Shown piece after piece: positions 1-13,818 of a stretch of 64,000 nt of DNA. The notes under the pieces are model-generated. The model saw only the letters and a list, made by a program, of their open reading frames with translations, did not search any database and was not told the DNA's origin. A program made the position numbers and the translations under genes. Source of the stretch: an uncultured Actinomycetota bacterium (GTDB taxonomy: Bacteria > Actinomycetota > Actinomycetes > Mycobacteriales > Pseudonocardiaceae); NCBI GenBank assembly GCA_963841395.1, contig CAWJCX010000043.1, positions 228,171 to 292,170 on the forward strand, written 5' to 3'. Within the stretch, counting starts at the first letter, position 1. Each line of letters begins with the position of its first letter.

Positions 1-269
1 CTGGCGAAGCTGCTGCCCGGCACGCCGCGGGTGGTGGACCTGTTCCTCTACCCGACCGTGCGCACGCTGTCCGCGTTCCTCGACGGCGGCAGACGGACCC
101 CGACGGTGCCGACGAGCTGCTGGCCGCGGCCCGGCGCAACCGGGGCAGGCGGCGGACCGCCGGACGCCGCCGCGCGGTCGCCGACCGCCGGGTCCGGCTG
201 GGCGCGGTCGAGGGCAACGGGGCTGGCAACGGGGATGCCGACGGGGACGTACTCAGTGGAGGGAACTGA
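1..269 (+). CDS. 3' end of an NRPS/carrier-protein gene (PCP C-terminus), partial and frameshifted
   Basis: [17 protein letters not shown] matches the PCP-terminal (D)LFxxPTVxxLA helix; a TGA at 267-269 precedes the MbtH start; the frame is broken by an indel, so the end is inferred. Confidence 0.5.
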   Translation, partial: GEAAARHAAGGGPVPLPDRAHAVRVPRRRQTDPDGADELLAAARRNRGRRRTAGRRRAVADRRVRLGAVEGNGAGNGDADGDVLSGGN

Positions 270-270
270 C

Positions 271-477
271 ATGGCAGCCGAGCAGGCGTTCCAGGTCGTG
301 GTCAACGACGAGGAGCAGTACTCGATCTGGCCCGCCGAGCAGGAGCCGCCCGCGGGCTGGCGCCCGGCCGGGTTCACCGGCGCCCGCGAGGACTGCGTGG
401 CCCACGTCGACCGGGTGTGGACCGACATGCGGCCGAAGAGCCTGCGGACCGCGATGGACGAGGCCGGCTCGCGGTGA
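271..477 (+). CDS. mbtH: MbtH-like NRPS accessory protein
   Basis: [32 protein letters not shown] signature; GGAGG upstream of ATG 271. Confidence 0.95.
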   Translation: MAAEQAFQVVVNDEEQYSIWPAEQEPPAGWRPAGFTGAREDCVAHVDRVWTDMRPKSLRTAMDEAGSR

Positions 478-3400
478 ACGAGGTCCTGACCGTCCGGGCG
501 TCGCACGCCCAGCAGCAGATGTGGTTCGTCGAGCAGCTGGTGCCCGGCGAACCCGTGCACAACCTCAGCTTCGAGCGTCGCTACGCGGGCCACCTCGACG
601 AGGCGATCATGCGTGCCGCGGTCGCCGACGTGGTCGCCCGGCACGAGTCGCTGCGCACCCGGTTCGTCACGCGGGACAACACGTTGTGGCAGGTCATCGA
701 GGAGCCGCCGCGAGGTAGCCGCCGGTCGAGTTCACCGACCTGAGCGGCGCGGCCGACCCGCGGGCGGCGTTCGGTGAGCTGTGCGCGCGGGCCGGCATGG
801 CGGTGTTCGACCTCGGCCGGGCGCCCTGCTGCGGATCGTGCACGTGCGGCTCGGCCCGGCCATCGACGGTCTCGTCATCGTGCTGCACCACGCCGATCGC
901 GGACGCCATGTCCACCGAGATCCTCGTCCGGGACCTGACCGCCGCCTACGAGCACCGCCTCGCCGGCCGCGCGCCGGACTGGCCCGAGCTGCCCGTGCAG
1001 TACGCCGACTTCACCGCCTGGCAGGAGGAGCGCGCCGACCGGCCCGGCCGTGCGCCGGGACCTCGACCACTGGCGCGCGCGCGCTCGCCGATCTGTCCAC
1101 CCTGGACCTGACGCACGGCAGGCCCCGGCCGGAGCCGCTGAGCCAGCGCGGCCGCATGCGCGAGCTTCACCCTCGACGACGACGTCGTGTCGGCGCTGGA
1201 CGCGTTCGTCCGGACCGAGCGCGCCACCGCGTTCATGGGCCTGCTCGCGGCGTACGCGGCGACGCTGGGCCGGGTGTTCGGCAGCGAGGACGTGGTGGTG
1301 GCGAGCCCCGTCGCCGGCCGGCCGCTGCCGGAGCTGTCGGACGTCATCGGCATGTTCGTCGACCAGGTCGTGCTGCGGCTCGACCTGTCCGAGGGGCCGA
1401 CGTTCCGCGAGCTGGTGCGGGCCGCACGCCGGGTCGGTCGGCGAGGCCCACGACCACGACTCGGTCACCTTCGACCAGATCGTCACGGCGGTCGCGCCGG
1501 AGCGGGTGGCCGGCGTGACCCCGCTGGCACAGGCGGCGATCAACCTGCAACCGCCGGTGCCGCCGCGCCCGCCGGCCGGGCGGATGCCGCGGGCCACCGA
1601 CGCGTCGCAGATCGACACCGGTACGGCCACCCACGACCTGCTGCTGGACCTGGTGGCGGCCCGGGCCCCGGAGCCGTTCACCGGCGTGCGTGCGCTACCG
1701 CGCGGACGTGGTCGACGACGCCGCGGCCGAGCTGGTGTGCACGGTGTTCCCGCGGCTGCTGCGCGCCGCGCTGGCGGAGCCCGACCGTCCGCTGTGGACA
1801 TTCCAGGACCTGTGGCCCGAACCCGCGCCGGCCGCGCCCGTGACGGTCCCGGACGCCACGCTGCACGAGCTGATCGGCGCCGGACTGTCCGACGGCGGAC
1901 GTGACTCCGGGCTCGCGCCGCTGCGAACCGGGTCGCGCACGCGCTGCGCGCTCGCGGCGTCGGGCCGGGTGACCCGTGCTGGTCGCGCTGCCCGCCTCGG
2001 CCGAGCTGGGGCGGCGTGCTGGGCGTGCTCGCCGCGGGTGCCGTCGTACGTCCCCGCCGATCCCGCCGCACCGACGGCCCCGTCGCCGAGCGCTGCGGCG
2101 CGCGGTGCCCGACCATGCACCGACCCCGCCGGACGCCGTCGGACTGCCCGACGCGGTCGCCGCGCCGCCGCCGGCGCGCCGTCGGCCCGGACGACGTCGC
2201 GTTCCTGTTGTTCGCCTCGGGGTCACCGGTCGTGGTCAGCCACCGGAACGCGGTGGCCGCAGCGCAGGCCCTGCTCGCCGTGCTCGACGGACCTTCGGTG
2301 ACCGGACGCTGCGCGCGCTGCTCGCCGTCGACTCCGCTGTGGACGGTTCGACGCTGTACGGCTTCGCGGAGACCGGCCCGGTGGCGCTGGGTGCCGATCC
2401 GCTGCCGGGGGTCCGGGCGTACGTGCTCGACCCGTGGGGCGCACCGGTGCCGCCGGGCTGCCTCGGTGAGCTGTGGGTCGGCGGCCCGCAGGTGGCCGTC
2501 GGCTACCTCGGCGCGCCCGGCGCGACGGCCGCCGCGTTCGGTCCGGACCCGCGCCGGCGGCGCGCCGGTTCCGGACCGGCGAGCAGGTGCGCCGGCTGGC
2601 CGACGGCCGGCTGGAGTTCCCCGGCGCGCACCGGCGAACCCGCCGCCGCGGACGGACGCCGCCGGTCCGCGAGGAGCCGGGCACGCCGGTCGAGGAGACG
2701 CTGCTGGACGGCTGGCAGTGGCTGCTGCCGAAGCCGCGAGTTCGGTGTCACCGACGACTTCTTCGACATCGGCGGCGACTCGATCCTCGCCATCCACGCC
2801 GTCGCCGAGGCACGGCGGCACGGGCTGACGGTGACCGTGCGCCAGATCCTCGACCTGCGCACGATCCGCGCGCTCGCCGCCGCACTCGACACCGCGGAAC
2901 CCGCCGGCCGCGTCGGCGCCGCTCGGCGATCACGGCCCGACGGTCCTCCGCCTCCCGGCTCCGCCGGCGCCCCGCCGACGATCCCCGGCATCACCGTCGA
3001 CGGCGACCTGCTCACCGCCGACCCGTCCCAGGTGGACGACTGGTCGCTCGCCCGGACCGTGCGGCGGCCTGGCCGGACAGTCCACAGTGGACGACGAGGT
3101 CCCGGTCTGCGCGGTGCCGCGGCGGACGATGGCCGCGCTGGCCGGCCCGGCCCACGAGGCGTACGCCACCACGACGCTCGACCTCGTGCGTGGCCGCGAC
3201 CCTCGCCGCCACCGGTGCGCAGGCCGTCGCGGTCGCCGACACCCGGCGCGAGGAACCGTCCGCGACCGGCGCCAACGCCGAGCCCGGCCTGCTGCGGGCC
3301 GGGCCCCGTGGCCACCGACACCGAGCTGATCCGGGCCGTCAAGGCCGCCCTGCGCGCACCGGAGGAGGACGACCCGGCCGCGCCCGGCGTGCGCGTGCTG

Positions 3401-3667
3401 TCCCTGCCGGACGGGGTCGGAGTCACCGCGGTCGGCGACGCGGGCCCGCGGGTGCTGGTGACCCTGGCCGGTGCGCCGGCTCATCGTCACCGGAGACGCC
3501 GCGGCGGGCCTGCCCGAGCGCGTCCGCGAGCGAGCTGACCCGGCTCGTCGAGCACTGCGCCACCGCCGAGACGGTGTACTCGGCGACCGACTTCCCCGAC
3601 GCGGGCCTCGACGAGGCTGCCATGGCGGGCCTGCTCGCGGAGCCTGGACTCGGAGACAGCGCCGTGA
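474..3667 (+). CDS. NRPS: C domain - degenerate A - PCP - E/TIGR01720-like tail (multiple frameshifts)
   Basis: [66 protein letters not shown] and [11 protein letters not shown] spread over several frames; GTGA overlaps at both ends. Confidence 0.75.
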
Positions 3668-5724
3668 CCAGCACGCTCGACACAGCTGACCTGCGCCCGG
3701 ACCTGGCCGTGGACCGTGCGGCGGACGAGGTCGCCGCCGAGGTGCGTGCCCTGCTGGCCGAGCCCCGCGCCCGGGACGCGCGCTCGAACCAGCGTACGCC
3801 AGCGCGGGCGGCGATCTCGATCCGCGGCCGGTCTACCGGCTGCTGGGCGAGCGCCGGCTGCTCGCCGTGTCCTGGCCGCGCGCCTACGGCGGCCGCGGAC
3901 TGCCCGCCCGCTGTGCCGCCGCCGTGGTCGGCGAGCTGATCGCGGGCGGCGTGCCCGAGGTACTGCACACCCTGTCCGTCCAGATCTGCGGGAACTTCCT
4001 CCTGACCGCCGGCACCGCCGAGCAGCGGGCCGCCGTGCTGCCGTGGCTCGCGACGGGCAGGCGGACCGCGACCGTGCTCTACTCCGAGCCCGGTGCCGGA
4101 TCCGACCTGTCCGCGCTGCGGACCACCGCGGCGGCGACCGCGGACGGGGCTGGCGCATCAGCGGCCACAAGGTCTACAGCGTCGGCACGACGGTCGCCGA
4201 CTACGGGCTGGTCGCCGCGCGGACCAGTGCCGAGCCGAGCCCCTACCGGGGCATCACGCTGTTCCTCGTACCGCTCGACCGGCCCGGCATCACCATCGGG
4301 CGGCTGGCGTCGCTGGCCGACGAGGACTTCGCCGACGTGCGGCTCGACGGCGTCGAGGTCCCGGCCGAGCGCGGTGATCGGCCCGGTCGGCGGCGCGTGG
4401 CCATTGATCACCGAGGCGCTGGCGCTGGAACGCACCGGCGTCGACTACGTGGCGAAGGCCCGGCGGTGGCTCGGCGCCGCACCCGCCGGGGCACGAGCCG
4501 GGCCGAGTACGGCAGGCTGCGCACGCACACTCGCCGCCGCCGACGCGCTCGCCACCCGCTGCGTCGACCAGCTCGACACCGGCCGGGTGGACACGGTCGC
4601 CGCCGCCGCGACGAAGCTCTGGTGCGCCGACACCGCCCGCGCGGTCGCCTGGTGGTGCGCCGAGCAGGCCGGACCGGCCGCCCTGTGGCACGACGGGCTG
4701 CTGGAGTCGGCCTACCGCGAGGCGCCCGGCCTGACCCTGTCGGCGGGGACCTCGGAGATGATGCTGGAGCTGGTGGCCTCCGCCGGGCTGCCGCTGCCCG
4801 AGAGCGGCGAGCCGCTCGCCGCCGAGCTGCGCGCCGCGTGCCGGGCCGTGGCGTCCGCGTACGACGAGCGGGACCCGGCCGGCGCGTGCTGGCCCGACCT
4901 GGCCCGGCTCGGCGTGTTCGGGTTGACCGTCCCGGTCGACCGGGGCGGCGCTGGACCTCGGCCTGCGCGCCGCGGTGGTCTGCTGCGCGGAGCTGGGCCG
5001 CGGCCTGCACGACGGCGGCCTGCTCGACACCCTCACCGCGCTCGACGTCCTCGCCCGGTCCGGCCGCGAACTGCCCACAATGGACGGCCGCTGGCGGGCA
5101 GTGCTCGCCGACCTCCGGCGGCCCGGCCGGCCGGTCCACGACCCGCACAGCGGCCGACGCCTGCCTCGCGGTCGTCGACGGCGCCATCGCGCTCGCCCCG
5201 GACCTGACGTTCACACCCGCAGGACACGGCCACGGGTCCATGTGGACCGCAGACGGCCAGGCCGGCGGAGATCCTCCTCGACGGCGCCGCGGCGGTCGAG
5301 GTGCTCGCCGCCGGCCGGGTGCGCCGCGCCGCCTGGCTGCTCGGGACTCGCCGCCGGTTGTCTCGAGCACACCTGCGAGCGGGCCCGCACCCGCGAGCAG
5401 TTCGGCCGGCCCCTGATCGCCAACCAGGACGTCGCGTTCCGCCTCGCCCGGCTCGCCGTGCGGCTCGACGCGCTCACCGCCCTCGTCACCGACCTGGCCG
5501 GTCGGTTCGACGACGGCGCACCCGATCCGGGCCCGCCGCGGGCGCGCTCGCCGAGGCGGGCACGCTCGCGCTGGACGCCGAGCCGGGAAGCCGTCCACCT
5601 GCACGGCGCGTTCGGCATGACCGACGCGTCGCCGGTCCGCCGGCACTACCTGGCCGCGCCGATCGCGGTCGCGGCCGACGCGCCGCCCGCCGCCCTGCGC
5701 ACCGAGGCGGCATCCCATGACTGA
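3664..5724 (+). CDS. Two-domain (fused) acyl-CoA dehydrogenase family protein, frameshifted
   Basis: SWPRAYGGRG, LYSEPGAGSDL, ISGHKVY, LALERTG, LSAGTSEMM, then a second ACAD half with REQFGRPL..NQDVAFRLA and VHLHGAFGMT. Confidence 0.8.
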
Positions 5725-7004
5725 GGCGACGGAAACCGACGCCACGGCGGCCGTTCTCCGCGGCGATCTGGCGCAACCGCGACTTCGTGAAGCTGTGGAC
5801 CGGCCAGACGTTCTCGCAGTTCGGCGCGTACGTCAGCACGATCGTCGTGCCGCTGCTGGCGATCGAGACGCTGCGACGCCGGGCGCCGACGACCTCGGCC
5901 TGCTCGGGTTGCTGAGCAAGCTGCCCGCGCTGCTCTACATCGTGGCCGGCGTGTGGGTCGACCGGATGCGCAAGCGGTCGACGATGATCGTCACCAACCT
6001 CGTGCGGGCCGCCCTGCTGCTGATGATCCCCGTCGAGGCGGCGTTCGGCGTGCTGTCGATCGGACTGCTCGGCGCCACGCTGCTTCGTCTCCGCGGTGCT
6101 CACCGTCTGGTTCGACACCGCGTACATGAGCTTCCTGCCCGGGCCTCGTCGGCCGCGAGCACCTGGTCGAGGCGAACAGCCGGATGGAGTCGGCGCGGGC
6201 CACCGCCCAGCTCACCGGCCCGACCATCGGCGGCCTGCTGGTGGCGGCGGTGACGGCGCCGATCGCGGTGATCCTGGACGGGCTGTCGCTGCTCGCGTCC
6301 GTGTTCACGCTCAGCCGACATCCGCCACCGGGAGCCGGCCCCCGAACCACCGCCGGACGGCGGCCGGGTGCGCCGCGGGTGGGCGGACCTCGGTGGAGGG
6401 GCTGCGGTTCCTGGCCCGCCACAAGGTGTTGCGTCCGCTGATGGCCGCCATCTCGATCAGCAACATCGCCTGGGCGGCGGAGACCACGCTGTACGTGATC
6501 TACCTCGTGAACGTGCTGCACATCGCCCCGTCGCTGGTCGGCCTCACGCTGATCGGCACCGGCCCGGGCGCGCTCATCGGCGCGCTGTTCGCCGGCCCGG
6601 CGGCCCGGCGGATCGGCGTCGGCGCCGCGATCTGCGCGGGCCTCGGCACGTTCTGCCTCGCCACCCTGCTGATCCCGCTGACCGCGCCGGCACTCGGCGT
6701 CGCGCTGCCGATGCTGATCGCCGCGGCGTTCCTGATGTCGGCGGGCGGCGCGGTGTCCGCGGTCAATGTCGAGAGCCTCTTCCAACGGTCCACACCGGAC
6801 CAGTTGCAGGGCCGGGTCATGGGCTCGTTCCGGTTCCTGACGGTCGGCCTCTGGCCGCTCGGCGCGCTCGCCGGCGGCCTGCTCGGCGGTGCGATCGGCC
6901 CGCGCGCGGCGCTGTACGCCGCGGTCGCCGCGCTGGCCGTCGCGCCGGTGCTGGTGTGGTTCTCGCCGGTGCGGCGGGGCGGCACGTCGGAGGGGGAGTC
7001 CTGA
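5717..7004 (+). CDS. MFS transporter, frameshifted
   Basis: RDFVKLWTGQTFS, AGVWVDRMRKR motif A, hydrophobic helices, LQGRVMGSFRF. Confidence 0.85.
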
Positions 7005-10000
7005 TGGCCACCGCGCCGCGTGCGCGACATCTACCCGCTGACCGCGATGCAGCAGGGCATGCTGGTGCACGCGCTGCGGACCGCCGGCGCGCCGGTGTAC
7101 CAGCAGCAGTTCGTGCTCGCGGTCACCGGCGTGGCGGACGAGGCCGTGCTGCGGGCGGGCGTGGCCGACCTCGTGGCCCGGCACACGGTGCTGCGCACCG
7201 GGTTCGTCTGGGAGAACGTGGACACGCCGGTGCAGGTGGTGTTCGCCGACGCCCCGCTCGACGTGCCGGTCGTGCCTGCCGAGTCCGATGTGGACTCCGC
7301 GGTCGTGGCCGCGCTGGCCGAGCAGTGGGCGCGGCCGTTCGATCTGAGGCGTCCGCCGCTGCTGCGGGCGCACGCGGTGCGGGCCGGCGCGGACGAGTGG
7401 CGGCTGGTCATGACGATCCACCACCTCGTGGTGGACGGCTGGAGCATGCCGACCGTGCAGGCCGAGCTGGAACAGTTGATCACGGCCCGCGTCACCGGCC
7501 GGCCGGCGGGGCTGGCGCCGGCCGCGCCGTTCCGGGAGTTCGTGACCTGGCTGCGCGACCACGACACCACCGACGCGGCGGCCACCCACTTCAAGCGGCT
7601 GCTCGGCGACCTGCGCCACCCGACACCGCTGGGCATCGACCGGGTGGGCCGGGTGAGCGCGTCGCCGGGCCCGTCGGGCCGGGTCGAGCTGTTCGTGCGC
7701 TGCGCGCCCGGACCGGCAGCCGGACGTGCTGGCACGCCGCCGCGGCCTGCTGCCGAGCACGATCGCGCATGCCGCGTGGGGGCTGCTGCTCGCGCGGTGC
7801 GCGGGCACCCCGGACGCGGTCTTCGGCACGACGGTGTCCGGCCGTCCCGCGGAGCTGGCGGGCGTGACCGAGCGGGTCGGCATGTTCGTCAACACGGTCC
7901 CGGTGCACGTGGCGGTGGACGGTGAGCTGCCGGTGGGCCCGTGGCTCGCGGCGGTGCAGGAGCAGCTGATCGCCGGCCGGGCGTTCGAACACCTCCCGGT
8001 GACGGCCGCGCAGCGGTGCAGCGCCGTGCCGATGGGGGAGCCGCTGTACGAGAGCGTGCTGGGCTTCCAGAACTACTTCATGGACGGGCCCGCCGCGGCG
8101 GGCGCCGCGCCGGTGACGGTCCGGATGCTGCGGCAGCAGGAGCAGACGGGCCTGCCCCTGGTGGTCTCGGTGGCGAACGTCCCCACCGCAACCTGGATCC
8201 GCGTGGAGTACGACGAACACCGCATCGACCGCCCCACGGCCGAGTGGCTGGCCGACCGCTACGGCCACCTCCTGACCGAACTGGCCGACGCCCCGGACAA
8301 CCTGCCGCTGAGCGACCTCCCAGCCCTCACACCACCGACCACCACACCACCCGCTGCCGCGACACCCGCGGCATCACCGGCGGCATCGCGCCCGGCCGCC
8401 ACGCCGCCTGCGGTACCGCCAGTGTTGATTCACCCGGCTGCGGAGCCACCGCCTTCCGCGACGTCCGCCGCACCACCAGCTGCCGCCATGCTGTCTGCGG
8501 AGCCGTCGCCGGTGTCCGGCTTGGCCGCAACGCCCGTGGCGCCATCGGCTTCCGCGCCCCTGCCCGCCACGCAACCGGCGGCGTCCGGCCAGGCCGCCAC
8601 GACCGCGCCGTCCGCCGCACCCCCAGCTGCCGTCAAGCCGCCCGCGGCACCACTGGCGGCGTTTCGCCAGGCCGCCACGTCGACCGCGGAATCACCGGTG
8701 GCATCGCGTCCGGTCGCCACGCTGCCCGCCGATGCGTCGGCCGTTGCCGTCCTGCGTGCCGCCGGTGTCGGTGCGGGGGATCGGGTGCTGCTCTGGTTGC
8801 CCGCCTCCCCGGAGCTGGTCGCGGCGGCGCTCGGCGGGCTTGCGCTCGGGGCGGACGTGCACCAGGTGCCCGCCGATGCTTCGCCCGCTGAACTGGCCGA
8901 CCACTGTCGCGGGGCCGCCGCGCTCGTGGTCCCGGCCGGCACGGAGGTCGCGGCGCCGGTTCCCGTTGTCCAGCTTGGACTGTCCGGATCGGACGAAAAC
9001 GTGGCGCTTACCGGGCGGTGGCGTGGGGCGGACGTCACCATGCTCGCCGAGGCGGTGGGGGTGGCGAGCGCGGTGCCGTTCACCGCCGGGGAGGCCGCCG
9101 TGTTGGCGGTCGCGGCGGACGATCCGGTGCTGTTGCCCGTGGCGCTGGCCGCGATCAACGCCGGTGCCCGCCTCGCGTTCCGCGATCCGCTCGATCCCGG
9201 GGCGGGCGTGACGGTCGGCCCGGGGGCGTGGCGGGTCCACGGCACCGACGCCACCGGCGCCTTCGCCTGCGTGGCACCGGGTGGCGCGGACCTCGGGCCC
9301 GTGCCCGGCGGCTGGGTCGCGGACAGCGCCGGACGCCCGGTGCCGGACGCCGTCGCCGGTGAGCTGGTCGTCTCCGGCGTGCCCACCGGGCTGTGGGTCC
9401 GGCGTCGCCTGGACGGGACGGTCGAGCGGCTGGGCGATCGGCCGCACAACGAAGACGTCTGGGTGGCCGCCCGCCTCCGCGAGGACGACACCGTGGCCGA
9501 CGCCGTCGTCCGGGGCGAGCGCGCCTGGATCGTGCCGGTGGGCGCGGTCGACCTGCCGGCCCTGCTGAGCCGTCTCCGCCGCCGGGTACCGGGCGCCCTG
9601 CTGCCCACCGACGTCCACGAGATCACCGAGCTGCCCCGCACCCCCATCGGCGACGTCGACATCGCGGCCCTCGCTCGGGGAGGCCGCGCCCGGCGCGCGC
9701 GAAGAGAGCCGCCCGCTGGCCGCGCGGCTCGCGGCGCTGCCGAACCGACAACGGGACGACTTCCTCACCGCCCTGCGCGCCGCCCAGCGCGTCACGCCGC
9801 CGCTCCGGCCCGGCCGCATCCGCGGCCCGGTCCCGCGCTCGGCGCAGCAGGAGTTCTACGCGACCGAACCGCTGCGGTCGCTCGAAGAGTCCACAGTGGA
9901 GGAACCGGCGACACCGCGGCCGGACGTGCTCACCTACGCCGACTACGCCGCCTGGCAGGCCGATCCCCGCCGCGCCGCCGACCTCGAGCGGCAGCACGCG

Positions 10001-13000
10001 CACTGGAAGGCCGTGCTCCGCGCCGCCCCCGCGTCCGGCATCCCGGCCGACCGCGTCCCGCCCGGCGCACCGCCGCGCGGTCACCTCCGCGTCACGGTCG
10101 CCCGGACCGCCACCGAGGAGGAGTGGCTCGCCGCCCTCGCCATCGTGCTCGCCCGCAGCGGGCGCGACGACGACGTCGTGCTCGGCGTCGTGACCGAACC
10201 GGTGCTGCCGGGCGAGCTGCGCGGCGTCCGCGGCCCGTTCGCCCGCATGCTCCCGGTCCGCCTCACCGTCGGGCCCGCGACCACGATCGGTGACCTGGCC
10301 AAGACCGCGCACCACGCGGTCGACGACGCCCGGCGCAACGCCGACCTGCCCTGGCCGCGGCTGCGCGCACTGCTCGCCGAGGACCCGCTCGTCAGCGTCG
10401 CCGTCCACGACCGGGCCGGCGCCCTCGCCGCGCACGCCGCCGCCACCGTCGGTCTCGACATCGCGGGGACCGAGATCACCGCCGTGTACGACGGCCGCGC
10501 GATCAGCGAACCGACCGTCGCCGCGCTGATCCGCCGGGCCGCCCGCGTGCTCGAGCTCGACGGCCCGGTCCGGGCCGCCGACCTGACCACCGGGGATGAG
10601 CTGGCCGAGCATGCTCCGCTCCGGCGACGGCGGCACGGTCGCCGACGAGCCGGCGACGGTCCCGGAGCTGGTCGCCCGCCAGGATCCCGCCGCCACGGCC
10701 GTCGTCGCGACCGACGGCGAGCTGACCTACGGGCAGCTGCTCGACCGGGCCCGCGCGCTCGCCGCCGAGCTGCGCGGTCGCGGTGTCGGCGCGGAGGACC
10801 GGGTGGCCGTGTGCCTGCCCCGCACCACCGCCACCGTGTGGGTGCCCCTCGGCGTCATGCTCGCCGGCGCCGCCTACGTGCCCGTCGACCCCAAGTACCC
10901 CGCGGCGCGCGTCGAGTACCTGTGCGCCGACGCGCAGGTGTCCACTGTGGTCACCGACGACCCCGCCCGGTTCCCCGAGGGCCTGACGACGATCAGCCCG
11001 GACGACGTCCCCGAAAAAGCCGCACAGGAGGCACGCGCCCGGCCGGACGGCGCCGCCTACGTCATCTACACCTCCGGCAGCACCGGCCGGCCGAAGGGCG
11101 TGCTCGTCGAGCACCGGTCCGTTGTGGACTTCTCCCGCCACATCGCGACGGCCTACCGGATCGGGCCGGACACCCGGCTGCTCGGCTTCGCCGCGCTCAC
11201 CTTCGACGTGTCCGTGTTCGATCTCTGGTCCGCGCTCTGCAACGGCGCCACGCTGGTCCTGGCCGGCGACGAGGAACGGGCCGACGTCGAGGCGCTGCGC
11301 CGGTTCCTGGTCGAGCGGCGCGTCACGGCTGCCGAGCTGCCACCGAGCCTGATGCCGTTGCTCGACCCGGCCGCGCTGCCGGACCTGCGGCTCGTGTCCG
11401 TCGGCGGCGAGGCCCCGGCCGGCGCGCTCGTCGACGCCTGGGCCACCGCCGGGCGGGTGTTCTGGAACGGCTACGGCCCCGCCGAGACCACCGTCGCCGT
11501 CACGCTCATGCGCTGCGAACCACCGTCGGGTGGGCGGATCCCGCCGATCGGCCGGCCGATGCCGAACCACCGTGCCTACGTGCTGGACGAGCGGCTGCGG
11601 CCGGTGCCGCCCGGCGTGCCGGGCGAGCTCTGCGTCGCCGGTGCCGGCCTCGCCCGCGGCTACCTCGGCCGGCCCGGCCACACGGCCGAACGGTTCGTGC
11701 CCGACCCGTTCGGCGAGCCAGGCGCGCGCCTCTACCGCACCGGCGACCTGGCCCGCTGGACCCGCGACACCGCCGGCGAACCCGTGCTGGAGTTCCTCGG
11801 CCGCGTCGACCGCCAGGTGAAGCTCCGCGGCTTCCGGGTCGAGCTCGGCGAGGTCGAGACGGTGCTGGCCGCCGACCCGCGGGTCCGCCAGGTCGCGGCC
11901 GAGGTGTGGGAGGGCGGCGACGCGGGCCGGCACCTGACCGCCTACGTCGTGCCGGCCGCGACCGCGCCGACGCTCGCGGAGGTCCGGGAGGTGGCCGCGG
12001 CCCGGCTGCCGGACTACATGCTCCCGACCCGGCTCGCCGTGCTGACCGAGCTGCCCCGCACGCCCAGTGGCAAGCTCGACCGGCGTGCACTGCCGGCGCC
12101 GCCCGCGCCGGCCGCGACCGGTGAGCCGGACGACGCCGGATGGACCGACCTGGAACGCACGATCGCCACCGACGTCCTCGGCCCGCTGCTCGCACTGTCC
12201 GATGTGGACCGGAGGACCGACTTCTTCGAGCTGGGCGGCAACTCGCTGCAGGCGACCCAGGTGACCTCGCGGGTGCGGGACAAGCTCGGCGTCGAGATCG
12301 GGCTGGCCGACTTCCTCGCCGAGCCGACCGTGACGCGCCTGGCCGCGCTGGTCGAGCAGGAACGTGGCCGCGCCGCCGCCCGCCAGGACCAGGTCTACGC
12401 GAGCCACCCGGTGCCGCGGATGACCCCGGGAACCGAGCTGGCGCAGTCGTTCCCGCAGGAGGCCCTGTTCCGCGCCGAGGAACGGTACGGGCACGACCCC
12501 CGCTACAACGCGCCGCTCGCGATCCGGATGCGCGGCCCGCTCGACCTCACGGCGCTGCGCCGGGCGTTCGCCGACCTGGTCCGCCGGCACGCCGCGCTGC
12601 GGGTGTCGCTGCACCGCGACGGCGACCGCTTCGTCCAGCGGGTGCTCGACCTCGACGAGCTTCCCGTCGAGGTGTCCGACGTGCCCGGCGCGGACCTCGA
12701 CGAACGCGTGCGGACGGTGCGCCGGCTCGTCCGGGAGGAGGGCTCACTGGCCTTCGACCTGGCCACCGGCCCGCTGATCCGCGTGCGGGTGCACCGGCTC
12801 GGCGAGCGGGACCACGTCGTCCAGTGGACGGCCCACCACGCGGCCATCGACGGCTGGTCGATCGGCGTCGTCCTGCACGAGGTCGGCACCGCCTACCACG
12901 CCTACGCGGACGGCACCGCGCCCGACCTGGCGCCCCTCGAGGGTGACTACGCCGAGTTCGTCCAGTGGCACCGCGACTACCTGGCGAGCCCGCGCTACGC

Positions 13001-13784
13001 CGACGACCTCGCCGCGTGGCGGGACCGGCTGCGCGGCTACGCGGGCGTCCGCCTGCCCACCACCGTCGAGCGGCGAGGCCACGAGTTCCGGCCCGGCTAC
13101 CTGAACCTGCCCGTCGAGCCGGGCCTCACCACCGCGTTGAACGACCTCGGCCGGCGCAGCGGCACGTCGCTGTACATGACGGGCCTCGCCGCCTACGCGA
13201 CCGTGCTCGCGGCCCACTCCGGTGCCGACGAGATCGCCGTCGTCACGCCGAACGCGCTGCGCATGCGGTCGCAGTGGGAGCGGCTCGTCGGCTGGTTCGT
13301 CAACCGGCTCGTGGTCCGGGTCCCGGTCGCCCGCACCGGCTCGTTCGCCGACCTGCTGCGGGTCACGCGCGAGGTCCACACCGCCGCGTTCAGCCGGCCG
13401 GCCGTGCCGTTCGAGTCGCTGCGGTCCGAGCTCGAGCTGCCCGACTCGGCCCTGTCGGTGTGCTTCTCCGTGCAGAACGCGCCGATGACGGGGCGGGCGT
13501 TCCGGGCGAGCGAGTTCGACATGGAGCTGGCCGGTGACGACACCGGCCTCGAGTTCGCCCCGATCGGCCCGGTGTACGCGCCGATCGGGCTCCGCTACGA
13601 GAGCGTGGTCTCGCTGACGCCGCAGGGTGGCGCCCTGGTCGGTGGCTGGGAGTACGACGCCGCGCTGTTCGACGAGGCCACCGTGAAGCGGTGGCGTGCC
13701 GGCCTGATGGCCGTGCTCGCCCGGGCTGCCGCGGCGCCCGACACCCCCGTCCGCGAGCTGTTCCGGATCGCGGGGGAGAGCTGA
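7004..13784 (+). CDS. Large NRPS: C - Pro/Ala linker - degenerate A - truncated C - A - PCP - terminal C (frameshifted before ~10620; may be two genes)
   Basis: DIYPLTAMQQGML and HHLVVDGWS; intact A domain (YTSGSTGRPKG, NGYGPAE, LYRTGDL, RVELGEVE, SGKLDR); FFELGGNSL; terminal HHAAIDGWS; no TE; 10596-13784 is one clean frame. Confidence 0.8.
8325..8730 (+). repeat. Imperfect repeats encoding a Pro/Ala/Thr/Ser-rich linker
   Basis: Recurrent ccgcgg(c/a)atcaccgg(c/t)ggcatcgcg(c/t)ccgg(c/t)cgccacgc near 8365 and 8684, and gtccgccgcacc(a/c)ccagctgccg near 8463 and 8610. Confidence 0.6.
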
Positions 13785-13818
13785 TGAGAGATTTCCGATT
13801 CGCCAGAAGGAGTGCCCG

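Noticed and set aside
1-10620. Dense frameshifts as mass pseudogenisation or programmed frameshifting
   Set aside because: Scattered 1-bp indels in GC-rich sequence, intact motifs and coupling, and clean frames from about 10.6 kb; most simply sequencing or assembly error (likewise near 25565, 53400-54450 and 59522)
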